From contig OZ246404.1 in the NCBI GenBank assembly GCA_965230955.1, positions 500,995 to 564,994 on the forward strand: DNA of 64,000 nucleotides, written 5' to 3'. The notes beneath the pieces are model-generated. The model worked only from the letters and a program-made list of their open reading frames with translations, was not told the origin of the DNA and did not search any database. Of the stretch, positions 21,475-31,746 are shown one piece after another (position 1 is the first letter of the stretch; each line of letters opens with the position of its first letter). Source of the DNA: an uncultured Candidatus Saccharibacteria bacterium (GTDB lineage Bacteria; Patescibacteriota; CALEFQ01). Position numbers and translations under genes: made by a program.

Positions 21475-23821
21475 ACCAACAGCCATACAGCTTTTTATGT
21501 TTCTCGTCGGTGCAATCGCGACGCTATTATTGATTTGGGCCGCGCCTGTCTATCTTAATTTTTGGGTACCGGATTTCTCCCCGAAAGTTTTACCGGCAGA
21601 ATTTGAACACGAGAGCCAGCTACAGTTATCGGACAGCGGAACTGGTCGGTATCTTAATTTGCCGGTTGTCTTCAATGCTAAGCAATTTGAATGGAGTAAT
21701 GAAAAAAAAGTCTATGATTTTCCGGCTTTTCTTTCAAACAAACCTTCTTTCTCCTCTCAAAATAGCTATGCCAGAAATTTTTTACTTTTTTTGCAAGAAA
21801 AATGGCAACAAGGGCAGAGACTCAGTCCTTATTTCAATCTAGCCGGGGTCAGTCGAATTGTATTTCGAACTGATTTGAAAAATAATGAATTGTCCGAACC
21901 GGACAAGATGAAATTGCGAGAGGTATTATTGAGGGACGATGGCTTGACCAGTGGCGAACGCCGAGGATTCATCACGGAATTCACCAATGCTTCGCCCAAT
22001 GAAATTGTTTATGCCAATGAACAGACTTTATTGGTTTGGGGCGGTCTAGATACTATACAAAGCCTCCGAGCGGCCCAAAATTTTGATCCGGCTAAAACCA
22101 ATTTATTGTTTGCTCATCAGTATCTGAATCCTGGCCAAATCGAAAGGTTGGCTGATTTTTCCGATGCTCTGGTGATAAAGAACGGTACCCGTCGCGATGA
22201 TCTGATCCCCAGTTTTATTGATCCTGATTTTTTCATCCGCCCGTATAATTACCTCAATTCGCTGGAAAATCAGACCTCTTGGAACAAGGCCAGCGTTTAT
22301 GAGCCTTTGCATGGCGAATGGCACAAAACATTGCGCGAGAGTCTTCAATTGCAAGATTGGGACTTTGATTACGGTCAGGGGCTGGTTTATTCGATGAGAT
22401 CGGGAGAAGGAGAATCTTTTTTCCCGACAGTAATGAATCTGGATTTCCAAGTCCGGGAACCGGGCGATTATTATTTATTGATCAGGCAGTTTGTCAACAA
22501 TCGCGGCGAGCAGATGTCTTATCGAATCGACAACTCTGATCGTAAAAAAATAAGCAGCTATTCACCGATCGGGCAATGGCAATGGCAAAAAGTCGAGACT
22601 GTCTCGTTAACAGCCGGCCAGCACAAAATAACTCTGGAGAACACCGATGGATTTTATGCCGTCAATTTGATGGCTTTTGTTCCGAAAGCGGCCTATGACC
22701 GAGCCCTGGAAAAAGTCGATGACTATTTGGCTCAAAAAAAGATTATCTATACCCAGGAGTTAAATGTCGCCCGGCTCTTGGCCGGCATTGAGACTGAATT
22801 ACCGATCAAATCCGGATCGGAGTTTAACCTCTCGTGTCCGACTTCAGAATGTCAAAACTATAACCTGGTTTCCGATAATGACGAAAAAATAATGGCGGCA
22901 TCTGAGTACGTTAAAAAAGATAAATTTGATCTTTTGCGATACTTCCCGGGCGGTTCCTTTGATAAACTGAGGCTGGAATTCAATGAAACGGAATCAGTTT
23001 CCGGGATAACTTTGAAAATTCATGATCCCGCCGGCATTAAGCTGAATATTCAGGATGGGAAAAAATGGTTCGAAATATCTTCCCAGGCAAAAAGTAAGCA
23101 TTTCAGAGTCTTATCCGAGCCTATTGCCGTCAAGCCTGACAGTACCTATGCTTGTGATCTGGAATTTCAGTTGGAAAATATCAAAGATTTGTCGGTCAGA
23201 GTTTTGCAGTATGACAAAATTGATGATATTGGCAAAAATAGTCCGAAACGAAGTGATAAAATTTCAACGAAACTGACCGAGGATAATCAAGCGGTTGTAA
23301 TAATCGACGATATTATAACTCGCCCCGACGTAAACTATGTCGTATTTGAGTTTTCTGCGGAGCAAAATAAATTGAAAGACAGTCGATGGGCATTGACCGA
23401 TTTTGCCCTGGCCAAAGTGGATGACGGGGTCACTGAGAAAACATCGTCAATGGTTATCATGCCGCCAGATTTTGAGTTTTCCAATAAGCAATACCCGATA
23501 ACTTTTGACAAGAACAGCGGCATAAATTATTCGGTTGATTTGCCCGAAAAAACCAGTTTGCTTTTGACTGTCACCGAAAGCTATGACGATTTGTGGCATG
23601 CCGGCTGCGGTACGGATCAATCGTTCGACCATGTCATGAACTATGGATTTATGAATGGGTTTTTGATTGGTGAGGGATGCCCGGGGTCGGTCGAGATTAC
23701 CTACGTCCCGCAAAAATGGTATCGATACGGAATTTGGGCGAGTTTAATATCAATCTTCCTGGGTGCGATTTTTTCCTTAATTCTATGGCGCAAACGGAAA
23801 AATCATGATCACCGCGAATAG
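21464..23821 (+). CDS. Membrane-anchored extracellular protein resembling the C-terminal half of an AftD/YfhO-like GT-C, with CBM-like domains
   Basis: N-terminal TM, RYLNLP, VSRIVFRTDL, LTAGQHKITL, ESYDDLW, NYGFMNGF, C-terminal TM followed by a basic tail. Confidence 0.65.
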   Translation: MLNKPTAIQLFMFLVGAIATLLLIWAAPVYLNFWVPDFSPKVLPAEFEHESQLQLSDSGTGRYLNLPVVFNAKQFEWSNEKKVYDFPAFLSNKPSFSSQNSYARNFLLFLQEKWQQGQRLSPYFNLAGVSRIVFRTDLKNNELSEPDKMKLREVLLRDDGLTSGERRGFITEFTNASPNEIVYANEQTLLVWGGLDTIQSLRAAQNFDPAKTNLLFAHQYLNPGQIERLADFSDALVIKNGTRRDDLIPSFIDPDFFIRPYNYLNSLENQTSWNKASVYEPLHGEWHKTLRESLQLQDWDFDYGQGLVYSMRSGEGESFFPTVMNLDFQVREPGDYYLLIRQFVNNRGEQMSYRIDNSDRKKISSYSPIGQWQWQKVETVSLTAGQHKITLENTDGFYAVNLMAFVPKAAYDRALEKVDDYLAQKKIIYTQELNVARLLAGIETELPIKSGSEFNLSCPTSECQNYNLVSDNDEKIMAASEYVKKDKFDLLRYFPGGSFDKLRLEFNETESVSGITLKIHDPAGIKLNIQDGKKWFEISSQAKSKHFRVLSEPIAVKPDSTYACDLEFQLENIKDLSVRVLQYDKIDDIGKNSPKRSDKISTKLTEDNQAVVIIDDIITRPDVNYVVFEFSAEQNKLKDSRWALTDFALAKVDDGVTEKTSSMVIMPPDFEFSNKQYPITFDKNSGINYSVDLPEKTSLLLTVTESYDDLWHAGCGTDQSFDHVMNYGFMNGFLIGEGCPGSVEITYVPQKWYRYGIWASLISIFLGAIFSLILWRKRKNHDHRE

Positions 23822-24896
23822 AATTTTAGTTATCAAGCGCGACGCTTTGGGCGACGTTATTTCCGTCACCCCGTTTTTAGAAGTTCTGCGTCGTAATTTT
23901 CCCGCAGCCCATATTACTTACCTGGTTGGATCATGGTCGCAAGCTGTCCTGAAAAACAATCCCAGTATCGATGAATTGGTTGTGGTTGATTCTAAAACTT
24001 GGCAGAACCCGATTAAAAAATTCCTGGCCCGGGCTAAATTGGGCAAACGATTGCAGTCGCAAAATTTTGATACAGTGTTTATTCTCCAAGGACCGGCGCC
24101 GTTTCGCTTTTGGGAAAACTTCGCTCTAGCCTTAGGAGCGGTAAATCGATTGGGATTCAAAAAGCACGGAGCCTCTTCCTCCTTGACTGGTTTGATTGAA
24201 TTGCCGGTTTATACCGATCACCTTTTTAAAGTCCTCAGGCGGAATCGGGCTGAATACTATCTAGATTTGCTTATCCGGGCCGGCGTCCGAGATACCACTA
24301 ACGACGGAAATAAGCTGTATGCGACTGCCGAAGACCGACATTTTGCAGAAAATTTTTGGACCAAAAATAATTTGGCCGGTAAAAAAGTCATTACTATCGC
24401 TCCCGGCGGGGCAGTGAATCCCGGGATGAAGCAACTGGCGAAACGCTGGCCGGCAGATTGTTACGCGCAAGCCATAGATCGATTAACCGATCAGCCTTCC
24501 GTCCGGATTGTATTTGTCGGCGGTCCCAGTGATAAATCATTGATCGAAGAAATTACCCGGAAATTGACGCCGATCAAACAACGCCAGATCCTTAATACGG
24601 CCGGATTAACAAATATCCACCAAACGGCCGAATTAATCGCCAGATCAGCGCTATTTATCGGAAATGACTCTGGCACTATCCATATTGCTTCCACGACCAA
24701 AACGCCTATAATTGGCTTGTATGGCCCCACAAACCCTGTGGTTGATGGTCCATATAAGGCCCGGGGTATCAATTTGTTCCATAAAACGTCGTTTTCACCG
24801 TGCTACACCATGGACTGTTCCGGCCACAAACCTTGTATTGAAAATATCACCGTCGAAGAGGTGATTACCACCGCTCAAAAAATCCTAGAACCTTGA
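23805..24896 (+). CDS. Glycosyltransferase family 9 (ADP-heptose heptosyltransferase-like)
   Basis: ILVIKRDALGDV, KRWP, IGNDSGTIHIA, GLYGPT. Confidence 0.9.
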   Translation: MITANRILVIKRDALGDVISVTPFLEVLRRNFPAAHITYLVGSWSQAVLKNNPSIDELVVVDSKTWQNPIKKFLARAKLGKRLQSQNFDTVFILQGPAPFRFWENFALALGAVNRLGFKKHGASSSLTGLIELPVYTDHLFKVLRRNRAEYYLDLLIRAGVRDTTNDGNKLYATAEDRHFAENFWTKNNLAGKKVITIAPGGAVNPGMKQLAKRWPADCYAQAIDRLTDQPSVRIVFVGGPSDKSLIEEITRKLTPIKQRQILNTAGLTNIHQTAELIARSALFIGNDSGTIHIASTTKTPIIGLYGPTNPVVDGPYKARGINLFHKTSFSPCYTMDCSGHKPCIENITVEEVITTAQKILEP

Positions 24897-24935
24897 TTGT
24901 ATTCCGACTCTTGTTTTTCTTAATATCTTACTCCG

Positions 24936-26402
24936 TTGTCTACCATCAAGCGTGTCGCGAAAAATACACTCTGGCTGACAATCGCCGAAATCGGCGCCAA
25001 GGGACTTGGTTTTGTCATTGCCATTATTATCGCCCGGTATCTCGGTCCGGAGGATTATGGCAGTTATGCTTTTGCCATATCATTCGTGACATTGTTTTTG
25101 GTCTTGGCTGATTTTGGCATGCGGCCCCTGCTGGTGCGTGAAGTGGCGCGAAACAACCAGTTGGCGGAAAAATATCTGGCCAATTTTTTGACTCTCAAAA
25201 TCTGGCTGACTTTTTTGCTTTTCGGCGCCGTGGCGCTGGCCTTGTGGATTTACGGTACGCCGCTAAATTTATTTATCCTAACCATGGTGGCGGCGGTCGA
25301 AATCGGGGTCAATAGCTTTTCGGAAATATTTCGGGGAGTTTTCCAGGCTTTTGAACGCATGAAATTCGAAACCACTTCCCGGATTCTAAATAAGTTTTTG
25401 ATACTCGTTGGGACAATCGCTGTGATTGTTCTGGGCTTGCGCACGCTGTCGATTATGCTGGTTCTGTTAATCGCCGGGATAGTCACGGCCGTCTATACCG
25501 TGATCGTTTGTCGAAAATACTTCGTCAAAATCAAACTGGCCTTTGATAAAGTGTTTATCAAAGAAGCGCTGAAGCAAAGCTTGCTTTTTGCAGTGACGAA
25601 TATTTTTATTTCCATTTATTTCAAGATAGATAGCGTCATGCTGGAAAAAATGCGCTCAGTCACGGAAGTCGGGTACTACAATACCGCCTATGAACTGGTT
25701 TTCGCTTTTATGTTTGTGCCGACTGTATTTTCAGCCGCTGTGTACCCGGTCTTATCACGGTTCTTCAAAGACAGTCCCGGAAAAATCCAAGCTTTGGTGG
25801 CGCGATTCACCAAATACTATTCACTGACGGCGATGGCTCTGGTGGTTTTTCTGATGTTGCTGGGCGGTCCTTTGATAAAATTATTTTTTGGGATTCAGTA
25901 CGAACCATCGATTATACTGTTTCAGCAGTTGGTGGTGGTTTTGGTCTTTGTATTTCTCAATTATCTCGGCGGTACTTTGCTCAATGCCTCGAATAAGCAA
26001 ATTGTTTCCACAATTGCCTCGGGAGTTTGCGCCGGGGTGAATATCGGTCTGAATCTCTGGCTGATCCCGGCCTATGGCGCTTCCGGAGCGGCAGTAGCGA
26101 CGATAATTACGGAAGCGATATTATGCTTGATTACTTTTATATATATTGACCGCCGGCTCTACCGGGTTTTTACCCGAGAAAACTGGTTCAAGGGTTTTAA
26201 AGTTGCCGTTATGGTGGTAGCGACCGGCGTATTGGCTTATTATTTGGCTAAAGTAAACATCTATCTTAGTTCGGTCGCCAGCTTGGGATTGTTTATCGGC
26301 TTGATTTTTGTTCTGCGCCTCTATAATCCGCAAGACCGCGAATATCTCCGAGTAATACTTAGGCGCCCAAACAAAACCGGCCCGGATGAGCCGATCGAAT
26401 AA
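24936..26402 (+). CDS. Wzx-type polysaccharide flippase (TTG start)
   Basis: RVAKNT, ARYLGPEDYG, DFG, IDSVML, VGYY, LIPAYGASGAAVAT. Confidence 0.9.
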   Translation: MSTIKRVAKNTLWLTIAEIGAKGLGFVIAIIIARYLGPEDYGSYAFAISFVTLFLVLADFGMRPLLVREVARNNQLAEKYLANFLTLKIWLTFLLFGAVALALWIYGTPLNLFILTMVAAVEIGVNSFSEIFRGVFQAFERMKFETTSRILNKFLILVGTIAVIVLGLRTLSIMLVLLIAGIVTAVYTVIVCRKYFVKIKLAFDKVFIKEALKQSLLFAVTNIFISIYFKIDSVMLEKMRSVTEVGYYNTAYELVFAFMFVPTVFSAAVYPVLSRFFKDSPGKIQALVARFTKYYSLTAMALVVFLMLLGGPLIKLFFGIQYEPSIILFQQLVVVLVFVFLNYLGGTLLNASNKQIVSTIASGVCAGVNIGLNLWLIPAYGASGAAVATIITEAILCLITFIYIDRRLYRVFTRENWFKGFKVAVMVVATGVLAYYLAKVNIYLSSVASLGLFIGLIFVLRLYNPQDREYLRVILRRPNKTGPDEPIE

Positions 26403-26471
26403 AGTGTAGTCTGTCACACTTTGAAATCTATTAAAAAACCCCGCGAATCTCTGAACTATCAGGACCTGGGG

Positions 26472-27503
26472 TTATTTTATATACTGTTCAACCGTCCGAA
26501 GAACATCGAGAACCGAAATATTGTCCAGACAGCCATGATTGAAAGTATCACAAATAGTTTTATAGCAAGGATACTTGGGGCAATCCTGGGCGCGGGTCAG
26601 AATAGTATAATGCTCGCACCAAGGATGCCACATTGACGGGTAATCTGTCCCACTGTGCAAATCAATGACCGGCGTGCCGACCGCGGCGGCAATGTGCATC
26701 GGGCCGGAGTCGTTCGAAATATAGAGATCAAGCTCGGCCAATAGTGCAGCCAGTTGACGCAAATCGGTTTGTCCGGCAACGATAAACGCCGGTTTAATCA
26801 ATGTAGATGAAATTTTTTGAGCCAATCCCAGATCGGAATTGCTGCCGGTAATAACAATCGTGCCTTGGTATTTTTCCTGCAATTTTCGCGCCACTTCAGC
26901 AAAACGAGCGATTGGCCAGCGCTTTGCTTCGGTTCCGGCGCCGGGATTAAGTCCGATTATCGGCCGAGGTAGGTCGCGTAGAGAATTGTGAGCTTTTGCT
27001 TGTTCCGCTTCGGTTATCGTCCAAATCAGTCTTGGCTGGCTAATATCGGCGCCCAGTCGCTCCGCCAGACGCAGATTTCGAAGGACGACATGCTCTTGGG
27101 GATTACTTTGCCTGACTTTTGTGGTCAGTAGTTGATCCTTTCCCGGCACGAAGAAACCGATTCTCTGTTTTGCCCCCAAAGCCCAGGATAATAGCCTGAT
27201 TACACGATTGCGACTGCGTCCCAAAACCGCCAAGTCATATTTATTCGACCGTAATTTCCGGAAAGTACTGATTGGCCGGCAGGATTTGGCCTTACCGCGA
27301 TTAAATTGGCGCAGATTTAATGTGTAGATCTGATTAATATCGGAATTAGATTCCAATACCGGCTTGGCCCAGCTCCCGACAACCGCGTCGATTTGCGCAT
27401 CGGGGAAATGTCGGCGCAGTGCGTGAATCATCGGCGTAGCCAGCAAAACATCGCCGATATGATCGGGCTGAATGACTATAATTTTTTTATACCGATCAAT
27501 CAT
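26472..27503 (-). CDS. Glycosyltransferase family 9 (heptosyltransferase-like)
   Basis: DHIGDVLLATP, NPGAGTEAKRWP, SNDSGPMHIAAA; C-terminal 4-Cys cluster. Confidence 0.9.
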   Translation of the reverse strand: MIDRYKKIIVIQPDHIGDVLLATPMIHALRRHFPDAQIDAVVGSWAKPVLESNSDINQIYTLNLRQFNRGKAKSCRPISTFRKLRSNKYDLAVLGRSRNRVIRLLSWALGAKQRIGFFVPGKDQLLTTKVRQSNPQEHVVLRNLRLAERLGADISQPRLIWTITEAEQAKAHNSLRDLPRPIIGLNPGAGTEAKRWPIARFAEVARKLQEKYQGTIVITGSNSDLGLAQKISSTLIKPAFIVAGQTDLRQLAALLAELDLYISNDSGPMHIAAAVGTPVIDLHSGTDYPSMWHPWCEHYTILTRAQDCPKYPCYKTICDTFNHGCLDNISVLDVLRTVEQYIK

Positions 27504-28665
27504 GTTTATTCGAAATAATTTCTTTATAGGTGTCCAGTGTCAGACCGGCGGAGCGGGTCCAGGAGAATTTTTCCGCCTGTGATATGCCTCGGGTAATTAA
27601 TTCCCGCCTTAATTTTTCATCATAAATTATTTTTTTCAGTCCGGCGGCAATACTCCCGACACTAAGCGGATCGACGTAGACAGCGGCCGTACCGGCTATT
27701 TCCGGCAGAGATGAAATAGAGCTGGTCACAACCGGCAGACGGTTGCTCATGGCATCCAGCACGGGCAAGCCGAAGCCTTCGGCCAGAGATGGATACACAA
27801 AACCCAGAGCGTTGGAATAGAGCCAGCTTTTTTGGGCCGGGGAAATATAATCGGTGAAAATAATTCTACTTTTAAAATTTTTTGCGCCGGCCAAAATAGA
27901 TTCATATTTCCAGCCGAATTTACCGGCCAAGACCAGTTTCAGAGAATGCTCTTTCTCGGTGGCCAGCGCGAAGGCTTCAATCAGACGGGTCAGATTTTTG
28001 CGAGGCTCGATTGTCCCCACGTACAGCAAGAATTTTCCCGAACAGATTTTTCCCTTCAATGACTCGATTTCCGAACCGGCCGTCGTATCATCGGACCGGG
28101 CCGTGGTCGCGCCTTCGGGTACCACTGAAATTTTGTCGGGAGAAACATCAAATTGCTCGACCACCTGACGCTTGGTGGCCCGCGAGACCGCGATTATTTT
28201 ACTGGCGTGATTTATCGAATTTGGGACCAAGCTGTGGCGCCAAAAATAGTCAGACAAGCCTCCCGGGAACCATTCCGGATGCTCATAGATTATCAAATCA
28301 TGAATCGTAACCACGGTCGGCGGGCGGTAGAAAAGGGGAGTGACATTAGCCGGACCGTGAAATAAATCCAGTTTTTCCGCCAGTAAAAAATTAGCCTGCC
28401 GACGATATTTACCATACGGCCACAAACCGGAGCGCTGCATGGTTTCTCGGGGCCAAAATCTTATCTCCGTCTTCGAGCCCAGATTCAAATTTTTGAGCCA
28501 AGAGGTTTTCTCGATCGCCGGGTGAAAATATAGCTTAAAATCACAAAAGGGATCTTTGATTTTCGCCAAATTTAAAACCAGATGATAGGTATAATGCTCG
28601 ATTCCGGCACCGCCGCCGGTGGGAGAGAGAATTTTTTGGCAGTCAAGGCCGACAACAGGTCGCAT
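27496..28665 (-). CDS. Glycosyltransferase family 4 (mannosyltransferase-like)
   Basis: VTIHDL, VGTIEPRKN, PSLAEGFGLPVLDAM. Confidence 0.92.
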   Translation of the reverse strand: MRPVVGLDCQKILSPTGGGAGIEHYTYHLVLNLAKIKDPFCDFKLYFHPAIEKTSWLKNLNLGSKTEIRFWPRETMQRSGLWPYGKYRRQANFLLAEKLDLFHGPANVTPLFYRPPTVVTIHDLIIYEHPEWFPGGLSDYFWRHSLVPNSINHASKIIAVSRATKRQVVEQFDVSPDKISVVPEGATTARSDDTTAGSEIESLKGKICSGKFLLYVGTIEPRKNLTRLIEAFALATEKEHSLKLVLAGKFGWKYESILAGAKNFKSRIIFTDYISPAQKSWLYSNALGFVYPSLAEGFGLPVLDAMSNRLPVVTSSISSLPEIAGTAAVYVDPLSVGSIAAGLKKIIYDEKLRRELITRGISQAEKFSWTRSAGLTLDTYKEIISNKHD

Positions 28666-29790
28666 TTATTTTTTTAATAACTTTTTGAAAAAATTATCCG
28701 TCCGTTCCGCCAGCTTTTCATTGGTAAAGAGGCTCCGGACTCTGGCCAGACCGGCTTGTCCAAGTTTTTCCGCCAGCCCTGGATCGGCCTGGAGTTGTTT
28801 TAAGTGCGCGGCCAGCTTATTCACGTCGCCTTCGGGGAAAATCAAGCCCGCGCTGTCAATCACGTTCGGAATCTCTCCCGAAGCGCTGCCGATAACCGGC
28901 ACGCCGCAAGCCATGGCCTCGATCAAGACTCGGCCGAATTGTTCCTTCCATTTAGCGGTGGCGATTGACGGTAAAACCAGCGCGTCGAAGAGATTGAAAT
29001 ATTGGGGCATTTCTTCGTACTTGATCGCGGGAATGAACTTGACTTGCCGGTCCAATCGTAATTTTTGGCTCAAACCCTCCAGTGCTGCCCGCTCCGGGCC
29101 GTTCCCGATCAGAAGTAGGGTGGTGTTTTCCGGCAAAAGTGCCAGGGCCTGCATTATGGTAGCAATATTTTTCTCCGGCAACAGTCGACCGACATAACCA
29201 ATGATGAATCGGGCCTCGAGTTTTAGCTTCTCTCTCAAGCAGGTAGCGTCTTGCGGTTGGAAAAAATCGGGATCGATTCCGTATTGTGGTATCACTTCCA
29301 CCGGCTTTTTATAGCCGTTTTTTTGTAAAATTTCGCGGCCGTCTTGATTGCCGACGATAGCGCCGTCGGATTGCCGGTATACCCGGGTCTCAATTTCCTT
29401 TTTCCAGCCTTGATAAATTTGGCGTATATTTTCCCAGGTGAAAAAAACAAATCTGGCTCCCTGTCGGTGCGCGATATGGCAGACCTGATTGGTAACCTGC
29501 GCCTGAGGTTCTTCTTCGGCATAAATTAAGTCGGGCTTGATCTTCTTGGCGACAGACGACAGCCCCAAATAAAAATGGCTACGCAATCGCGGCCGCAGTA
29601 AACAAGTCAAAGCCAGGACTGTCAGATTGCCTTTCTGGCGATTCGCCCCGCGGACCAATTGCTGTCCGCCTTCCAGCCACGCTTTGGGAATGATCAGCCA
29701 AACCTTGTGACCGAGCTTATTCGCCAAAAAATCAAATTTTTGCTGATAACGCTCGATGACAGCCGAATGAGAGATGACTAAAATCTTCAT
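28666..29790 (-). CDS. Glycosyltransferase family 4
   Basis: FTWEN, VGRLLPEKN, WKEQFGRVLIEAMACG. Confidence 0.92.
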   Translation of the reverse strand: MKILVISHSAVIERYQQKFDFLANKLGHKVWLIIPKAWLEGGQQLVRGANRQKGNLTVLALTCLLRPRLRSHFYLGLSSVAKKIKPDLIYAEEEPQAQVTNQVCHIAHRQGARFVFFTWENIRQIYQGWKKEIETRVYRQSDGAIVGNQDGREILQKNGYKKPVEVIPQYGIDPDFFQPQDATCLREKLKLEARFIIGYVGRLLPEKNIATIMQALALLPENTTLLLIGNGPERAALEGLSQKLRLDRQVKFIPAIKYEEMPQYFNLFDALVLPSIATAKWKEQFGRVLIEAMACGVPVIGSASGEIPNVIDSAGLIFPEGDVNKLAAHLKQLQADPGLAEKLGQAGLARVRSLFTNEKLAERTDNFFKKLLKK

Positions 29791-29791
29791 A

Positions 29792-31744
29792 CTATTCCTT
29801 TTCTAATTGAAAAATTTTCAATGACACCGTTTCGGTATTGATTATCGCCGGCGGCAATTGAGTTTGCTGGCGATGCCAATCGTAAACATCTATCCAGCCG
29901 TTGCTTTTATCAATAATCGCACTCATGCCCCAGAAAGGTTTGTCGATCGATGGGTATTCCAGTATCAAGTCTTTGATCGGTTTCAGTTTGGCATCGCTAT
30001 AATACGGATAATACTGGCCGGCGCGATCACTGATCACAAAAACGCGTTCATAGCTATTTACCAGTTCAAAGAAATCCTGATTGTCTTCAAAGCCTTCCAA
30101 CGACGGCAATACGTTTAGACCATACAAATACTTCAAGTAGTAGGCCCATTTTTGCCATTCCCAACCGGGCGTCATCAGGATCAAATCCCGATCAGTAAAA
30201 TTTTGTGCCAAGGCCTCGACTTGCTTTTGACTGCTCCGGTATTCGCGAAAAGCTAAAATCGGCCAGCTGGCGGAAATATTCACGGCTACCAAGATAAAGA
30301 CCGCGCCGATCAACGCCGAGCGTTTCCAGGGCCAGCGGGCCAGGACTATCGCCGCCAAAATAAAGATTAACGGGAAAAAAACCGCCACGAAACGGCGCAG
30401 AAACCAGGGATGATCAAGCGCGATATAAGGATCAAGAATAAAGATGATTGCCGGCACCGCCAAAAGAACCAGCAAATAAGCCAGGCGCGGAAATATCCTT
30501 TTTACGATTCCCAGATAAATTACCGCGAAAAAAATAGTCAGATAATAACAATGAAATATTTCCAAGACAAAAAGGGGACGGTAGTTAGACCATTTAATCA
30601 AAGGGATCTGGCGCGAGTACCACCACCAGGCAGCCAAGCCGGTAATTACCGCCAGCCCGAGCACTATCCAGATTGTTTGCCAGAGACTCTGCCTAAAAAC
30701 CGGTGATTTTCGGGTCAGCAGCATTTTTCCGCCCAACGCGACCAAAAGAATAAACAAGAGTCCGATAACCAAAAGCCAGGGCGAGAATTTGCCCAGCATG
30801 GATATCAGAGCATTCCCGATGCTTTCGCCTTGTTCGAAAACATAACCGCTGCCGTATTTGGTGCTATAAAGCTGGAAGGCGATAAAAGGAAAGACCGGCA
30901 AAATCAATAACCACCAAACTCGTCGAGCCGACCAATTAAACTGTCGGCGCCACCAGACCAAAGCGATAACCGCCGCTAAAACGTAAAAACCAAAATACAA
31001 AAGTCCTTCGCCGCGCACCAAGATAGAAAAGGAAGCCGGTAGCGCTCCTGCCAGCAACCACGAAATTTTTCGCTCCCTTATACCCAAAACGAGAAAAGCC
31101 GCACTGGCGTAAAACGACAGGGCTAGTAAATTTTCCGAGGCCCATTCGCGGCTGAACCACAGCCAAGCATAGAATGTGGCCGTAAACATCACCGCCGCTG
31201 TACCACCAAGTCGCGACGATAATCGCGCAGCCACCAAATAAATTGCCAAGAGTGACAAGAATACCAGAAGAGTATTGGCCGCTAGCAGTCCCGGTAAACC
31301 GCCCAGGGCATACCAAATGGCCAGATACACATTATAGCCAGGTAAAAATTGTGAGGTAAAATTATCATTTCCGAGACTGTTAAAACCATGGTAAGGCCGA
31401 GTCAATATATCGTTAAATCCCAGACTTCCGGTTTCGGCGATTTTTATGCCAGCCACGGAGTAACTGACCGGATCTCGTCCCAGTGGCAAATCATGAAAAT
31501 ACAAACCGATAAAAGCGGTCAGCGCGGCGATAATTATCACCACCGCCAGATCTTTTTTGGTCAATGCCCAAGTGCACGGCCAGACAAAAAAAGAAATTAC
31601 GAACAAGGCTCCGGTCAGAACCGATACGATTATCATGGCGCTAAATGTCAGCCAGCCCGGTATCGCCAAAAATATTGCGGCCAAAAGCCAACTGAAAAAA
31701 GCCAGAAAGATCCTTAAAGCGAGTTTTTCGAGAGTGAGAAACAT
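29792..31744 (-). CDS. GT-C-like polytopic membrane protein
   Basis: GRDPVSY first-loop motif, SQFLPGY, SENLL, DHPWFLRRF; many TM. Confidence 0.65.
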   Translation of the reverse strand: MFLTLEKLALRIFLAFFSWLLAAIFLAIPGWLTFSAMIIVSVLTGALFVISFFVWPCTWALTKKDLAVVIIIAALTAFIGLYFHDLPLGRDPVSYSVAGIKIAETGSLGFNDILTRPYHGFNSLGNDNFTSQFLPGYNVYLAIWYALGGLPGLLAANTLLVFLSLLAIYLVAARLSSRLGGTAAVMFTATFYAWLWFSREWASENLLALSFYASAAFLVLGIRERKISWLLAGALPASFSILVRGEGLLYFGFYVLAAVIALVWWRRQFNWSARRVWWLLILPVFPFIAFQLYSTKYGSGYVFEQGESIGNALISMLGKFSPWLLVIGLLFILLVALGGKMLLTRKSPVFRQSLWQTIWIVLGLAVITGLAAWWWYSRQIPLIKWSNYRPLFVLEIFHCYYLTIFFAVIYLGIVKRIFPRLAYLLVLLAVPAIIFILDPYIALDHPWFLRRFVAVFFPLIFILAAIVLARWPWKRSALIGAVFILVAVNISASWPILAFREYRSSQKQVEALAQNFTDRDLILMTPGWEWQKWAYYLKYLYGLNVLPSLEGFEDNQDFFELVNSYERVFVISDRAGQYYPYYSDAKLKPIKDLILEYPSIDKPFWGMSAIIDKSNGWIDVYDWHRQQTQLPPAIINTETVSLKIFQLEKE

Positions 31745-31746
31745 AT

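Noticed and set aside
28619-29197. 192-aa + strand ORF and the many other short antisense/overlapping ORFs in the track
   Set aside because: They lie wholly opposite or inside well-supported genes and show no motifs; treated as shadow ORFs.
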